The notes: generated from the sequence alone by a model not told the origin. 63,018 nucleotides of DNA, filler included, from Octopus bimaculoides (GCF_001194135.2; 4 parts of 4 records of this genome joined end to end with filler, not necessarily neighbours in it), one strand, 5' to 3'. Positions 50,521 to 62,239 are shown, counted from the whole stretch's first letter. Made by a program: numbers and translations.

Positions 50521-50920
50521 GCGTAGGATTGACAGTTTGGTTAAGAAGTTCACTTTGCAACTGGTTTTCGGTTTCCGGTTCAGTCCCACGACGTAACAAC
50601 TTGGGCAAGAGTATCCTACTATAGCCCAGGGCCGACCAATGCCTTGTGAGTGAATTTAGTAGATGGAAACTGTATGGAAGTTCGTTGCATATAGACACGC
50701 GCGCGCGTGTGTGTGTGTTGTATTTTCCTCCTTCTATCACTCGACAACTGGTATCCATAACTTTAATTTTGCATAACTTAGTGGTTTGAAAAAAGAGACC
50801 AATAATATAGGTGCCAGGTTAAAAAAAATAAAACCTGGGGGCGATTTCTTCGACTAAATTCTTCAAGGTGATGCTCCAGCCTGGCCGCGGTCCAGTGGTT
50901 GAAACATGTAAAAATTAAAA
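50521..50920 (+). mobile_element. SINE family A, full length, old
   Basis: Head, body (ttgggcaagag..gccttgtgagtg..gatggaaactg), internal (GC)/(GT) tract and tail are all colinear. Confidence 0.82.
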
Positions 50921-51653
50921 GATCTGTCCTTAACTATCCACCGTTTTAAATTACCAGCTCTCACAATCTAACTGGAAGCAGCTTTATGCATTATTTATAA
51001 ACGTCATTCTTCAAATATCAAAAGCATTTTACTTTTACTGTCGTTCTATGATATGAAAAGATCCCTTTAATTCAATTTTAATTACTTTACCTGAAGTATT
51101 TGTCCTTGTTGAAGTTAAACAAATTATAATAGTAAACCAGTAAATCATTCCGTATTAAGAAACACTCCACCAAAACCCATTAATTTTCTCTCTACAAGAG
51201 CAAACAACGAAGACCATTCGAATCTAGTAGCCAAATACTCAGTCATCAGGATACTAACTTATGGTAAATTTAATATATTTCATATAACGTTCCGTTTAAT
51301 TTCAATAAAATTAGTGAATGAATGGACAGAACTATACAAGTTATAAGTAGATTTAGCCAATTGCGTCGATAGAAATATTTGTTTTACATAAGGCATAGAG
51401 AGAGGTTTTATGTCTTGGTTAGGTTTGTTTAAACTAGGATATATTGATCAACTGTTGTCATTTGTGAAACGAAGACATTCTTATTGGATTTATTAATACA
51501 GAACGCAGAGTAGTTTAATACAAACACTTCATGGTCTGGGATTACATTTGGAATTTATTTGTTTGAACGGAAGATAAAACTGCTAACGGTTTGGTGACCC
51601 TTAATTGGAAACAACTCAACTGATGCAAGTCTTTCTATCTCCTATTGGTGATC

Positions 51654-51716
51654 TGATTTTTTATTATTGAAACATTTTGTACGATGTGCTAACGAATCTG
51701 CCAGCTCATTGCCTTA
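51654..51716 (-). mobile_element. SINE family B head only, flanked by 20-bp direct repeats
   Basis: Reverse complement aaggcaatgagctggcagattcgttagcacatc..aataataaaaaatca; tctatctcctattggtgatc at 51634-51653 and 51717-51736. Confidence 0.75.
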
Positions 51717-52589
51717 TCTATCTCCTATTGGTGATCGATATACTCTTCCTTGAGTAATTAAAGGAATTGTAATTTTCAAAATTATAGACATTAGTTCGGA
51801 GTCGTCCTTGAAAAGTGACATTCACTTGTGGAAAGCAAAAAAAAAAAAAAAAAAAGCCTCTTTGATAGAGTAAGCCTTGTAACAACTTTCATAACGGTAT
51901 TTGACCTGCTGTTGTCTGACCCTGCAAAAATCTGACATGAGATCGTATGGAAATCCTAAAAACAAATAAAATACAGGTCATTCACTCTTATAGGTATAGT
52001 ACCGCCCACATATGAAAGCTAAGTTAAGCTGGCTAATGTAACTAGTTGTCAGGTACGACATTGATAAGACAGGTCTCTAACTTTTTCGCTTCCTTCGACA
52101 TATTTAAGGTATAGTGTCATCAGTAGTGACGGTGGTGAGGGGGTTAGGGATTCGCAAGCGACTGACGTCACACCAAGCAACTTTCTCTCGTTCGTTTTTT
52201 CCCTTTTTTTTCTTTTTTCGTTAAGAAAGTGTTATAAAAACAGTGTGAAAGGTCGTCATGTCTACATAACAGCGAGGAGAAAGTATCTGAGAATCTGGGC
52301 CGAGAAAACAGCTTACTGAACCGATTATGTTGTCCTTTACAAAGTATTGTTCACGCAGATAATAGAGCTGCCAGCACTAGCAGCCGCCGCCATCGCGGCC
52401 ATAGCCGCCATCGCCATTCCCACCGCAACCTCCGCCAACACAAGAGACAAGGACAATAGCAGTGCTACCATCACGAAGTCTACCACTACCTCTGTTATTA
52501 TCACCACTCCACCACCACCACCACCACCACCACTACTACTACTACTACTCAAATATCTCTCTTCTCCCAGACCGACGAGAGTCTTAACG

Positions 52590-52770
52590 TAGCTTGGTCA
52601 ACCTATTAGAAATAGCAGCAAAAGTCTTCGTCGTATCATTTGGTGAGGAAAGACTCATTAGATAATACAGTCCTTGACACACGGCATCTGAATAAATAAG
52701 GTGGGACGGTGACGGCTGGAACGTCTTTGATTATAAGTTTACTGGCTCCAGATTAACTTAGGTTAAAGAA
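52590..52770 (+). mobile_element. Dispersed repeat family E
   Basis: ggtcaacctattagaaatagcagc...gacggctggaacgtctttgattataag. Confidence 0.6.
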
Positions 52771-53295
52771 GTAACCAGATGTAACCTTAAAAAATGTCGA
52801 GGTGAATCGCGTAAACCGTTTCTTTTTTTTTAAGGATGTGAATACGACAAAGTCCTGAATGAACTGCAGGTTATCTAACTCCTGATTAATTATGCTCCAG
52901 GAGATCTATCATCAATGGCGTTCCAGTCGTGGCTCTCCTGTTTGTGTTCGGGTATAGTCAATTTAGGATTACATTTACAAATCAAGTATGACTTCTTGAC
53001 GAACTGGAAGAGTTATTAATTGGGGAAAATTTGACAGTTATTAACTAGATGAGAACATATGCTGTAAAACTGTGGCCTCCGACTTTGTTTTTTTTTAAGG
53101 ATGAGAATAATAAAGAAACCTGAAGTTAGAAAACATGAATTGTCCTACCTCAATTTTGTGGTTCAATAACTTTCTTCCCATTGCGAACACTTTCAGTAAT
53201 GTCTGGAATAAAGTAAAAATTAAAATTCATCTTTATAATCTTCATTATTGTAACACCTTCGCACACACACGCTCACATACGTACATACAAACGCA

Positions 53296-53341
<46 letters not shown>

Positions 53342-53432
53342 TGTGCGTCAGTGGTTCATAAACATGACAAGAAGTACACTCCGAAGTTAGAGCAATAATA
53401 TCTAAAAGGTTGTTGGTTATGGCCGTTCGGAG

Positions 53433-53514
53433 AGTGACCTTTGGTTTCGCAACTATAAGGTTCTTAGCGGAATCTACCGCTAAGAACCTTATAGGAGCAA
53501 AACCAAAGGTCACT
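53433..53514. other. Near-perfect 38-bp-stem hairpin (pre-miRNA-like or mini-MITE)
   Basis: AGTGACCTTTGGTTTcGCaaCTATAAGGTTCTTAGCGG-aatcta-CCGCTAAGAACCTTATAGgaGCaAAACCAAAGGTCACT; 3 mismatches. Confidence 0.9.
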
Positions 53515-54044
53515 TCCTGACCGGTTACGACCACACACAAACACACACATGCGCACGCGCGCGTATTGATGTATGTATGTATGTAATTGGTCCTCCATTT
53601 ACACTGTAAATTAATTCCGCAAGTTACCGTGCAAATAAAAATCGATCCAAAAAATGCAGATACTCTTTTAACGATATTCATAAAAACTAAAAATATACAA
53701 AATTTTTGCATAGACTTGGAACCTCGCCACCAGATAACATGTTTGACTGCGTGTGTTGATAAAGTGTAGGGGAAACAGGACAGGTCTTTTAGTATCTGAA
53801 TTCATGGATTCCTTTTCCACTGGTTGAGATTAAAGATTCCCTAAGGTAAATTGATTTCAATTATCGGAACCGGTTTTACTATATTCTACAGGATATTTTA
53901 AAATTTAAATCGTGATAAATATTCTTAAATAAAATCGAGTCGAAGGCTGGACTAAAATTGCCGTGGGCCTTAGAATTGATGCCACTGGAATACATTATAA
54001 CCATTTATCTCAGAACACTTATCGTCTCTTGACTTTGTAATAGT

Positions 54045-54175
54045 GGTTTCTAATTTAGGCACAAGGCCAGCAAACTTGAGGGGAGTGGATTGGTTGACAA
54101 TATTGACCCCAGCACTTAATTTTACCGACTTCAGAGGAATGAAAGGCAACGTTGATGTCAGCGGAATTTGAAAAT
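54045..54175 (-). mobile_element. SINE family B, 3' part
   Basis: ggcacaaggccagc...gaatgaaaggcaacg..gcggaatttgaa. Confidence 0.8.
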
Positions 54176-54219
54176 GTAGGATTGATTTTGCAGTATTTTA
54201 ATGACAAAAATGTGCCTAT

Positions 54220-54303
54220 AGTGCGCGGCACCCTGGGCAAGTGTCTTCTACTATAGCCGAGGGTCTACAAAAGCCTTGAGAGTGGATTTGGTAGACGGAA
54301 ACT
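54220..54303 (+). mobile_element. SINE family A, middle fragment
   Basis: ggcaccctgggcaagtgtcttctactatagcc...gatttggtagacggaaact. Confidence 0.85.
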
Positions 54304-54529
54304 TTAAAAAAAAAAAAAAAACGCACGTCAATGCTTAAATTCTGCGTTATTTTGAAGCATTTTTTGCATTTTACATCAATGCAGGCATGCAAGTAATTTA
54401 TTTATTATTAAATATGATAATATAAGTTATTCACATGTTTTTAAGTTACGAAACAATTTGTCGTGATATTAGAATTTTCTTATTTCAACATAAAATGTTA
54501 TCAAACTATTTCTCTGTCATTTATGACTA

Positions 54530-54541
54530 TATCTATCTATA

Positions 54542-54599
<58 letters not shown>
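54530..54599. repeat. (TATC)n microsatellite
   Basis: Direct inspection. Confidence 0.95.
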
Positions 54600-54601
<2 letters not shown>

Positions 54602-55257
54602 AGGTCATCCCATAAGTTCTGTCCGATTTTACCTTTTTTAAAATTGAATGAAATTTAGAATGTCTAATTGAATTAAAAATTATTTTTACGCATTTGTGTA
54701 CATTTAAACTAATTAAATATTATTTTACAGAATAATAGAATTAAAAATTCTTTGATTAAAACCCTTTCTAACATAGAAGTATCCAAAGATCATTTGAGGT
54801 ACATAATGCTTTATGAGTACAAAAAAGGAAACTCTGCAGCCGAAGCGACTCAAAACATACATTCAGTTTATGGAAAAGAATGCTAGAGTGAAAGAACTTG
54901 CAGAAGATGGTTTGCAAAATTCAGAAGTGGAGATTTCAGCCTTGAAGATGAAGATTGAACAGGACGTCCAGTTGAGTTTGATGATAAGCTCCTTGAGGCA
55001 TTACTTGAAGAAAATCCTGCATTATCAGTTGAAGAATTGGCAATAAAGCTTAGTTCAAACCATAGAAGTGTTCATCGTCATCTTCAACAACTTGGAAAAG
55101 TTCCTAAACTTGGAAAATGGGTGCCTCATGAATTGTCCGAAAGCAACCGCAAATCCCGAGTTGACATCTGCTCTTCTCTCCATTCTCGTGAACTCATTTC
55201 ACCCTTTTTGGATAGACTTGTGACTGGTGACGAAAAATGGATCTTCTATCGAAATGT
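54600..55257 (+). mobile_element. Mariner transposon 5' half with transposase pseudogene (runs into a gap)
   Basis: TA|tcaggtcatcccataagttctgtccg terminus; one frame from 54773 (ATA in place of ATG): HLRYIMLYEYKKG..RTCRRWFAKFRSGDFSLED..GRP..GKWVPHEL..VTGDEKW; two stops. Confidence 0.93.
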
Positions 55258-55357
55258 NNNNNNNNNNNNNNNNNNNNNNNNNNNNNNNNNNNNNNNNNNN
55301 NTTAATTAATTAANNNNNNNNNNNNNNNNNNNNNNNNNNNNNNNNNNNNNNNNNNNN

Positions 55358-55358
<1 letters not shown>

Positions 55359-55422
<64 letters not shown>

Positions 55423-55740
55423 TAGTCTTATTTTCATAACGTGCTTTCACTGCACTACCGAGCGCAGCTCTGTGTGCCTTGGGTATGTGCTGTGGTTTGC
55501 TGTGATACTCTTATAGTTACTGTACTGAAAGTGCTTTACATAGGATGTGTGCAGTGCCTCGTAGTGCTATTTTTTGTATGTTACGTATACTTGTCAGTCC
55601 TGGTGTTTTTGTTATGTATTTGTCTGAATATTTTTTTTATTATACCTAAGGCACCTACTATGATAGGAATTGTTTCTGTTTTTAGATTCCACATTCGAGT
55701 TACCTCTATTCCCAGGTCTTTGTATTTTGAAAGTTTCTGC
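55359..55740 (-). mobile_element. 5'-truncated R4/Dong-type retrotransposon (RLE C-terminus, 3' UTR, (TAA)n)
   Basis: KLSKYKDLGIEVTRMWNLKTETIPIIVGALGII...IQKIALRGTAHILCKALSVQ*, then about 100-nt UTR ending gactactgaataataat. Confidence 0.88.
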
Positions 55741-55859
55741 TACATCTTTAGACCGCATGCATGTTGTTTTCGTGCGGTTCATTTTAAGGCTTGCTACTGA
55801 GCTATGTGTTTCCAGCTCTGTCCAGAAATTTAAAAGCTGCATGTGGAGGCCGAAAACTA

Positions 55860-56200
55860 CAAAGAACCAGCGGAAGCTTAAAGGAAGCATCTTGGAGCAA
55901 ATGGTCATGCAAGAGAAACGCAAAAAGTATGAAGAGGTGAAGAGGAACATGAATGATTCTCTTGAGTGTTCCGTTCTCTGCAAAGAGAAGAGAACATCTG
56001 GAAAGTGACATCGCGAATTATGGATTGAAGAAACTGATGCAGGTTGCAGAGGAATTGAAGAGTCTAAAAGGATGTAGTTGAGAGATGGTACCCTTATAAG
56101 TCGGAGGTGACGGTGCTTAAGAACAAGGACGAGCTCATGGTAAATGACAAAGTGGAGTTTGATGAGGTACGCAAAACCTTCTTCTACAACAATTTTAAAT
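55860..56200 (+). pseudogene. Possible LINE endonuclease-RT linker remnant
   Basis: EKRKKYEEVKR..., ENIWKVTSRI and ELMVNDKVEFDEVRKTFFYNNF have linker-like character only. Confidence 0.3.
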
Positions 56201-56242
56201 CATTAGCGAAGCTCGACCGTCCTTCACACAGACAGACACAGA

Positions 56243-56290
<48 letters not shown>

Positions 56291-56304
56291 CACACATACA
56301 CACT

Positions 56305-56335
<31 letters not shown>

Positions 56336-56995
56336 CCTCACACACACACACTCACACACTCACACAAACCCATGTATTAACTTGTACACATATATTAGCA
56401 TCATCAGACTATCTGGTTAAGGTGATTAAGATGACACTTGGAAGTCACTGTCAGCATTTTCCTTGCAAAAAGCTAATGAAGATATATACGCTATTGGAAA
56501 GTATTGAGTAATGTTTCAGTTTAATTTTAAACTGTGTTTATATATATAAAGGCATAAAACAAATATATGTGTATGTGTGTATGTATATGTAAATATGTAT
56601 ACGTGTGTATGTATGCATGTGTATGGTGTGTATATGTCTGTGTGCGCATGTATGTGTTGTGTGTGTGGTGTATATGTGTGTGTATAGGTGTTTATGTGTG
56701 TGTGTGCGATAATTAAAATGCAGAATAACTTAAATTTTAAAATTGAACCATAATCTGTGTTGTTCGAAAGCTATTTCAATGAAGTTAAAAATATCATTTA
56801 TATAATTACGTGGTTAACATACGTAATAAATTAATTTAAATGTGATTCTGTATATATACATGCAAGTTTACTCCATTAATATTTACTACACTCCAATAAT
56901 ATACTGCTGTTTAACGATGTGTTAATAATTGAGCTATTAAATATCACGGATATATTTAATGTTGTTTATACATCAATAGCACACACGCTCGCACG

Positions 56996-57040
<45 letters not shown>

Positions 57041-57114
57041 ACACATATACACACGCATACACACACAGCCACACACACACACACACATAAACACACACAA
57101 TTTACGTGTGTATA

Positions 57115-57335
57115 TGTTCTTTTATTCTTTTACTTGTTTCAGCAATCTGACTGCCGCCATGCTGGAGCACAGCCTCGAAAGATGTTAGTCGAAGAAATCG
57201 ACCCCAGGACTTATTCTCTGTACGTCTAGTACTTATTCTATCGGCCTCTTTTGTCAAACCGCTAAGTTACGCTGACGTAAACACACCAACACCGGTCGTC
57301 AAGCGATGGTGGGACGAACACAGACACAAAGACAC
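57115..57335 (-). mobile_element. SINE family A, 3' half
   Basis: ttcttttacttgtttcag..gccatgctggagcac..gaccccaggacttattc..ccgctaagttacg..caagcgatggtggg. Confidence 0.9.
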
Positions 57336-57386
57336 ACACACACATACATACATGCATACATACATACATATATACATACATACATG

Positions 57387-57418
<32 letters not shown>

Positions 57419-57589
57419 CTTATATATATATAAATATATNNNNNNNNNNNNNNNNNNNNNNNNNNNNNNNNNNNNNNNNNNNNNNNNNNNNNNNNNNNNN
57501 NNNNNNNNNNNNNNNNNNNNNNNNNNNNNNNNNNNNNNNNNNNNNNNNNNNNNNNNNNNNNNNNNNNNTATATATATGTATGTATATAT

Positions 57590-57844
57590 ATATGAAATAG
57601 AGTGAAGTGGAGGAATAAAAATAGATGTGAGATATGCAGGGATATTGCATCTATAGATCCATTGTTTAGGCAGAATGGTGTACATTCTGCCTAAACAATG
57701 GATCTATAGATGCAATATCCCTGCATATCTCACATCTATTTTTAGAATGGTGTACATTCTGCCTAAACAATGGATCTATAGATGCAATATCCCTGCATAT
57801 CTCACATCTATTTTTATTCCTCCACTTCACTCTCTATTTCATAT
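57590..57844. repeat. 88-bp-arm palindrome with a 72-bp tandem duplication of the loop and right arm
   Basis: Left arm 57590-57677, loop gtgta, right arm from 57683; agaatggtgtacattctg recurs at 57672 and 57744. Confidence 0.93.
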
Positions 57845-57877
57845 CTTATATCTATTGCTTAACCATTTTCTCACACC

Positions 57878-57925
57878 GTCTCCGATGAAGCGGTATATAA
57901 AATATCCCGGAAACAGCTGTAAGAC
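57878..57925 (+). ncRNA. Minimal type-I hammerhead ribozyme (one core substitution) in a short dispersed element (about 57853-57980)
   Basis: GTCT CcGATGA A GcGGTAT ataaa ATATCCC g GAAAC AGCT GTA AGAC; palindromic stem III ACAGCTGT; GUA triplet; stem I GTCT/AGAC. Confidence 0.8.
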
Positions 57926-59379
57926 CTTCTATTTATAAATGTTCTAAAATATTTCATAGCTTTGGATTTTTATCGCATTCTGAAAATTTTTTTATATATA
58001 CACATGCTGATATATGACCTACGTTGGACTCCTCATTCGCATAATCACCGAACCTGGAGCTTAGCTGTAGTCTGTTCATAGCACTTACTCAGCATTACCT
58101 GACACCTTTCGGTCTTATTGACACCATTACCTCTCATAACCTCTCTCTTGCTCAAAATGCTTCCTTTCAGATACACATGCACACACACACACACACACAC
58201 ACGCACACACACGCTCACACACACGCACACACACACACAAACATACACTCTCACTTTCTCCTTACACTATCTCCCCATTCGTCTCCCTCTTTTCCTACCT
58301 TATGCATTCCATATTACATTTCTTCCCCCCCCCCTCTCTCCACCCCAACCCATTCACTAATACTATAAAAAGAGAAAAATCCCTTCACAAAATTTAAACC
58401 TGAAGAATCTATTAGTGTAAATGAAAGCGCTTATATGTGATTTGTAAAAATATGTGACATGTTAATAAATATTTGTATATGTACAACCATCCAGATTTCT
58501 GAGTACCTTATTTTTTCTAATATATATATATATACATATATATATACACACACACATTCATCCTACAAGGCTGCCTTGGACTCTGAGCCACAGTGAAGGC
58601 AACTAATCTAGAAGCTGGAGAACTTTAATAAGAAAAGCCTGGGGTATGGTTATGCTTTCCATTGAGTTTGTGGCGAAGATTTGCTCCAACTTTCTGCGAC
58701 CAACACCGCAAAAATATGCGACTGATCCTAAACAAACTTTCACAACTGAAAACAAGTCTTCTGTGTGGATAGTATAACAGCTATATTCTTGGTTGTTTGA
58801 CGGGAAAATCCGGTATAATATATTATGTAGTATTATAAATCAAGTCTCATGACAACCAGTTCACGTTACCGAACGGTTTCGTGTTAAAGTGCCTGCCAAG
58901 TGTGGAAAGGTAAATTGATAACAGAATCAGAAATTATCTAGTGCGAGAAAGACTAATTTATTCGGATGTGTATATTTTAAGCATAATAGATTATGATACA
59001 GCAATCTCCCATTTCTCCACGTGTCCTGAGGAAGAGGTTCTAGCTTTAAAATATCGAAGAAATCCGAGGTAAAACATTAACTTTTATTCTATTTTTACGT
59101 ATATATTTCATTCATTTTGCATTGTTTCGGCTTTTAAACAAGTTTTAATCTTTCAATGTCACACAGTGCTTCACCCGAACAACTCTGTATTAATATTTAT
59201 TTGTAGCCAGGTTTTTAGTGCTCCACGAACGAAATAGAGCAACGCAAACTGACTTTGTTGTTGACTACAATCAATAACACGGTAAGCAGTGTTACTACCA
59301 TAGCCGTTTTAATAAATAACAGCAAAGCAACCAATGAGATAAGATCGCAATGGTCCGAGATATGTATAAGTTTGAGATA

Positions 59380-59436
<57 letters not shown>

Positions 59437-59884
59437 ATGAGAGAGAGCATGTGTGTATGCGCGTACGAGTGCACTCGTGCGTACGTGTATGTGCGCGCAC
59501 GCGTATATGATTGTGCGGTGGGGCAGAAATTCATGATTCTCAATAGTACTAACAAGCAGTATTATGCAGTATTAGTTGAGATTTAACGTATAACTGCACT
59601 TGTTGCACTTACACAACAAAAACCGTCCTTATCACGTCTTTTATCAAGACATTGTGTATCTAAGCTTATACTTTCTGCCGTCTGTATTTCTTTTCGAAAA
59701 GAATATAAGAATAAGGTGTGGCTTTAGAGGTATTTCAGTGCTCTTTTAACGAGTCAAGAGACACATTATGTGGAGTTCTCACCAAGCTTAATTTTACCAT
59801 TTTTCCAAGCTCAATAAGTACCAGTCATATACTGGCGTTGATTAATTAAATTCCATTTCACCGCTTGAATGTGTGTCCGCATGC

Positions 59885-60125
59885 ATTTTTATCGTTTACC
59901 TTTTACTTGTTTCAAACATTAGACCGCGGCCATGCTGGGGCACCGCTTTGAAGAATTTTAAGTTAAATTTAATCGATCACAGTACTTTTTTTTTGTAAAA
60001 AAAAAAAAAAAGCCCGATACTTACTCCATCGCTCGCTTTTTGCCTAACTGCTAAGTTACAGAGACGTCAACACACCAACACTGGTTCTCAAGTGGTGGTG
60101 GGAAACAAACACAGACAAAAACACA
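59885..60125 (-). mobile_element. SINE family A, 3' half
   Basis: ttttacttgtttcaaac..gaccgcggccatgctggggcaccgc..gctaagttac..cacaccaacac. Confidence 0.85.
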
Positions 60126-60995
60126 TACAAACATACACACACGCACATACACGCACACACACACACACACACACACACNNNNNNNNNNNNNNNNNNNNNN
60201 NNNNNNNNNNNNNNNNNNNNNNNNNNNNNNNNNNNNNNNNNNNNNNNNNNNNNNNNNNNNNNNNNNNNNNNNNNNNNNNNNNNNNNNNNNNNNNNNNNNN
60301 NNNNNNNNNNNNNNNNNNNNNNNNNNNNNNNNNNNNNNNNNNNNNNNNNNNNNNNNNNNNNNNNNNNNNNNNNNNNNNNNNNNNNNNNNNNNNNNNNNNN
60401 NNNNNNNNNNNNNNNNNNNNNNNNNNNNNNNNNNNNNNNNNNNNNNNNNNNNNNNNNNNNNNNNNNNNNNNNNNNNNNNNNNNNNNNNNNNNNNNNNNNN
60501 NNNNNNNNNNNNNNNNNNNNNNNNNNNNNNNNNNNNNNNNNNNNNNNNNNNNNNNNNNNNNNNNNNNNNNNNNNNNNNNNNNNNNNNNNNNNNNNNNNNN
60601 NNNNNNNNNNNNNNNNNNNNNNNNNNNNNNNNNNNNNNNNNNNNNNNNNNNNNNNNNNNNNNNNNNNNNNNNNNNNNNNNNNNNNNNNNNNNNNNNNNNN
60701 NNNNNNNNNNNNNNNNNNNNNNNNNNNNNNNNNNNNNNNNNNNNNNNNNNNNNNNNNNNNNNNNNNNNNNNNATATATATACAGGAAAAATTAAAAATGG
60801 AAACAAACGCTCAAGATGGTAATAAATCATTTATATCTTCATATCATCGACATATGTTTCGATGGATGCATTCAAAATAAATCCGTCAGGAACAACAAAG
60901 TGGAGCAATGCGCCAATCTTAGCAGGGAGGATATAGACAACGGTGTGCATCAATTAGACATTTTAACTGATGTAAGAAACTCCAATATATGTGAC

Positions 60996-61041
<46 letters not shown>

Positions 61042-61334
61042 AGGTAAAAGATTGGATATTAATTAATATCAATTTAATACCAGGGAACTAGCACGTTAAA
61101 AGAATCAGGAGTTTCAGAAAAAATTATCTGAGATCTCAAAGGATTATTGTATATGTATATATGAAAGAGATGACTAAGTGGACTGCTAATGTGCTAGAAG
61201 AAGATCACATGTAATGACTCTATTAAGACCGAATTGTTCTCAAAGAAAAAAAATTAGTGAAGCAATAACAGAGACTGATGGAAAAAAGTAACGGGCTTTA
61301 AAAAAAGAATTAAATACTGAGGTAAATTTACTCT

Positions 61335-61410
61335 ACTAAAAAATCACTTCAAGGCAGTACTCCAGCATGGCCACAGTTTAATGAGTGAAACAAGTAAAAT
61401 AATAAAAGTT
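61335..61410 (+). mobile_element. SINE family A, 3' tip
   Basis: ttcaaggcagtactccagcatggccacag..gaaacaagtaaaat. Confidence 0.75.
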
Positions 61411-61675
61411 AAAAGCATTAATGTAATGCATGTGATATATGTGAGTGACATCAGTAATAGAATTATTATAGAACTTGAGATTTTGACAACCTGGGTTTAC
61501 CATCACTGTTATAGGGCCGTGTGCTTCGATGACAGTCACCAGTAACTAGTGATCCAGCACATTACTTTGATAAATAACTAACCTTAGACAAGTCCTGATT
61601 GAGCAAGCCTAGGCACTCCAGCCTTGACCACTCTGTCCTGTTTACATGAATAGTATTTCTAGGCTACATTGTTCA

Positions 61676-62040
61676 ATATCTGATTTGATTCCGCTGAGGT
61701 CAACTTTGCCCTTCATCCTTTTGGGGTTGATAAATTAAGTAACGGTTGTGTACTGGAGTCGATCTAATTAACTGGCCCGTTCCCCCAAAATTTCAGCCCT
61801 TGGGCCTGAATATCTGATTTGAGTGAGAATTGGCCACTATTTCTACTAGAGTAGAAAAGAATATCTGATGTGAGTCTGCCAAGGTCGACTTTGCCTTTCA
61901 TCCTTTTGGGATTGATAAATTAAGTACCAGTTGTGTATTGGGTTGACCTAATTGACTAGCCCGTTCCCCCAAAATTTCAGTCCTTGGGCCTAGAATAGAG
62001 AAGAATATCTGATTTGAGTGAGAATTGGCCACTATTTCTA
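61676..62040 (+). repeat. Two SINE B 3' parts in a complex local duplication with a repeated 37-bp spacer
   Basis: aggtc(a/g)actttgcc(c/t)ttcatccttttggg...gcccgttcccccaaaatttcag.ccttgggcct occurs twice; aatatctgatttgagtgagaattggccactatttcta occurs at about 61810 and 62004. Confidence 0.85.
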
Positions 62041-62239
62041 ACAGATTTTCTCATACTCATGCTTTGAGATATTCTTCAATGGCTAAAGAATATCCCAAAA
62101 TTCAATAATTGCGTTTATTGAAATTGAAAAACGAAGATATGTATCACAGACATGGCTACTCAGGAACTTGCTTTCCACTCTTTTTCCTTAAAACCTCTTC
62201 GATATCATTTTGCCCCAGACCACCCTTGACTTTATGATA

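Noticed and set aside
52337-52592. Ala/Thr/Pro-rich 81-aa ORF; similar ones at 15529-15866 and 28170-28720
   Set aside because: Low-complexity GCC/ACC/ACT trinucleotide mosaics with no recognisable domain
59020-59075. CTGAGGAAGAGG followed by cgaagaaatc (also CTGAGGAAGAGG on the minus strand near 16515-16526)
   Set aside because: No GAAA with a complementary stem II, and no stems I or III can be formed
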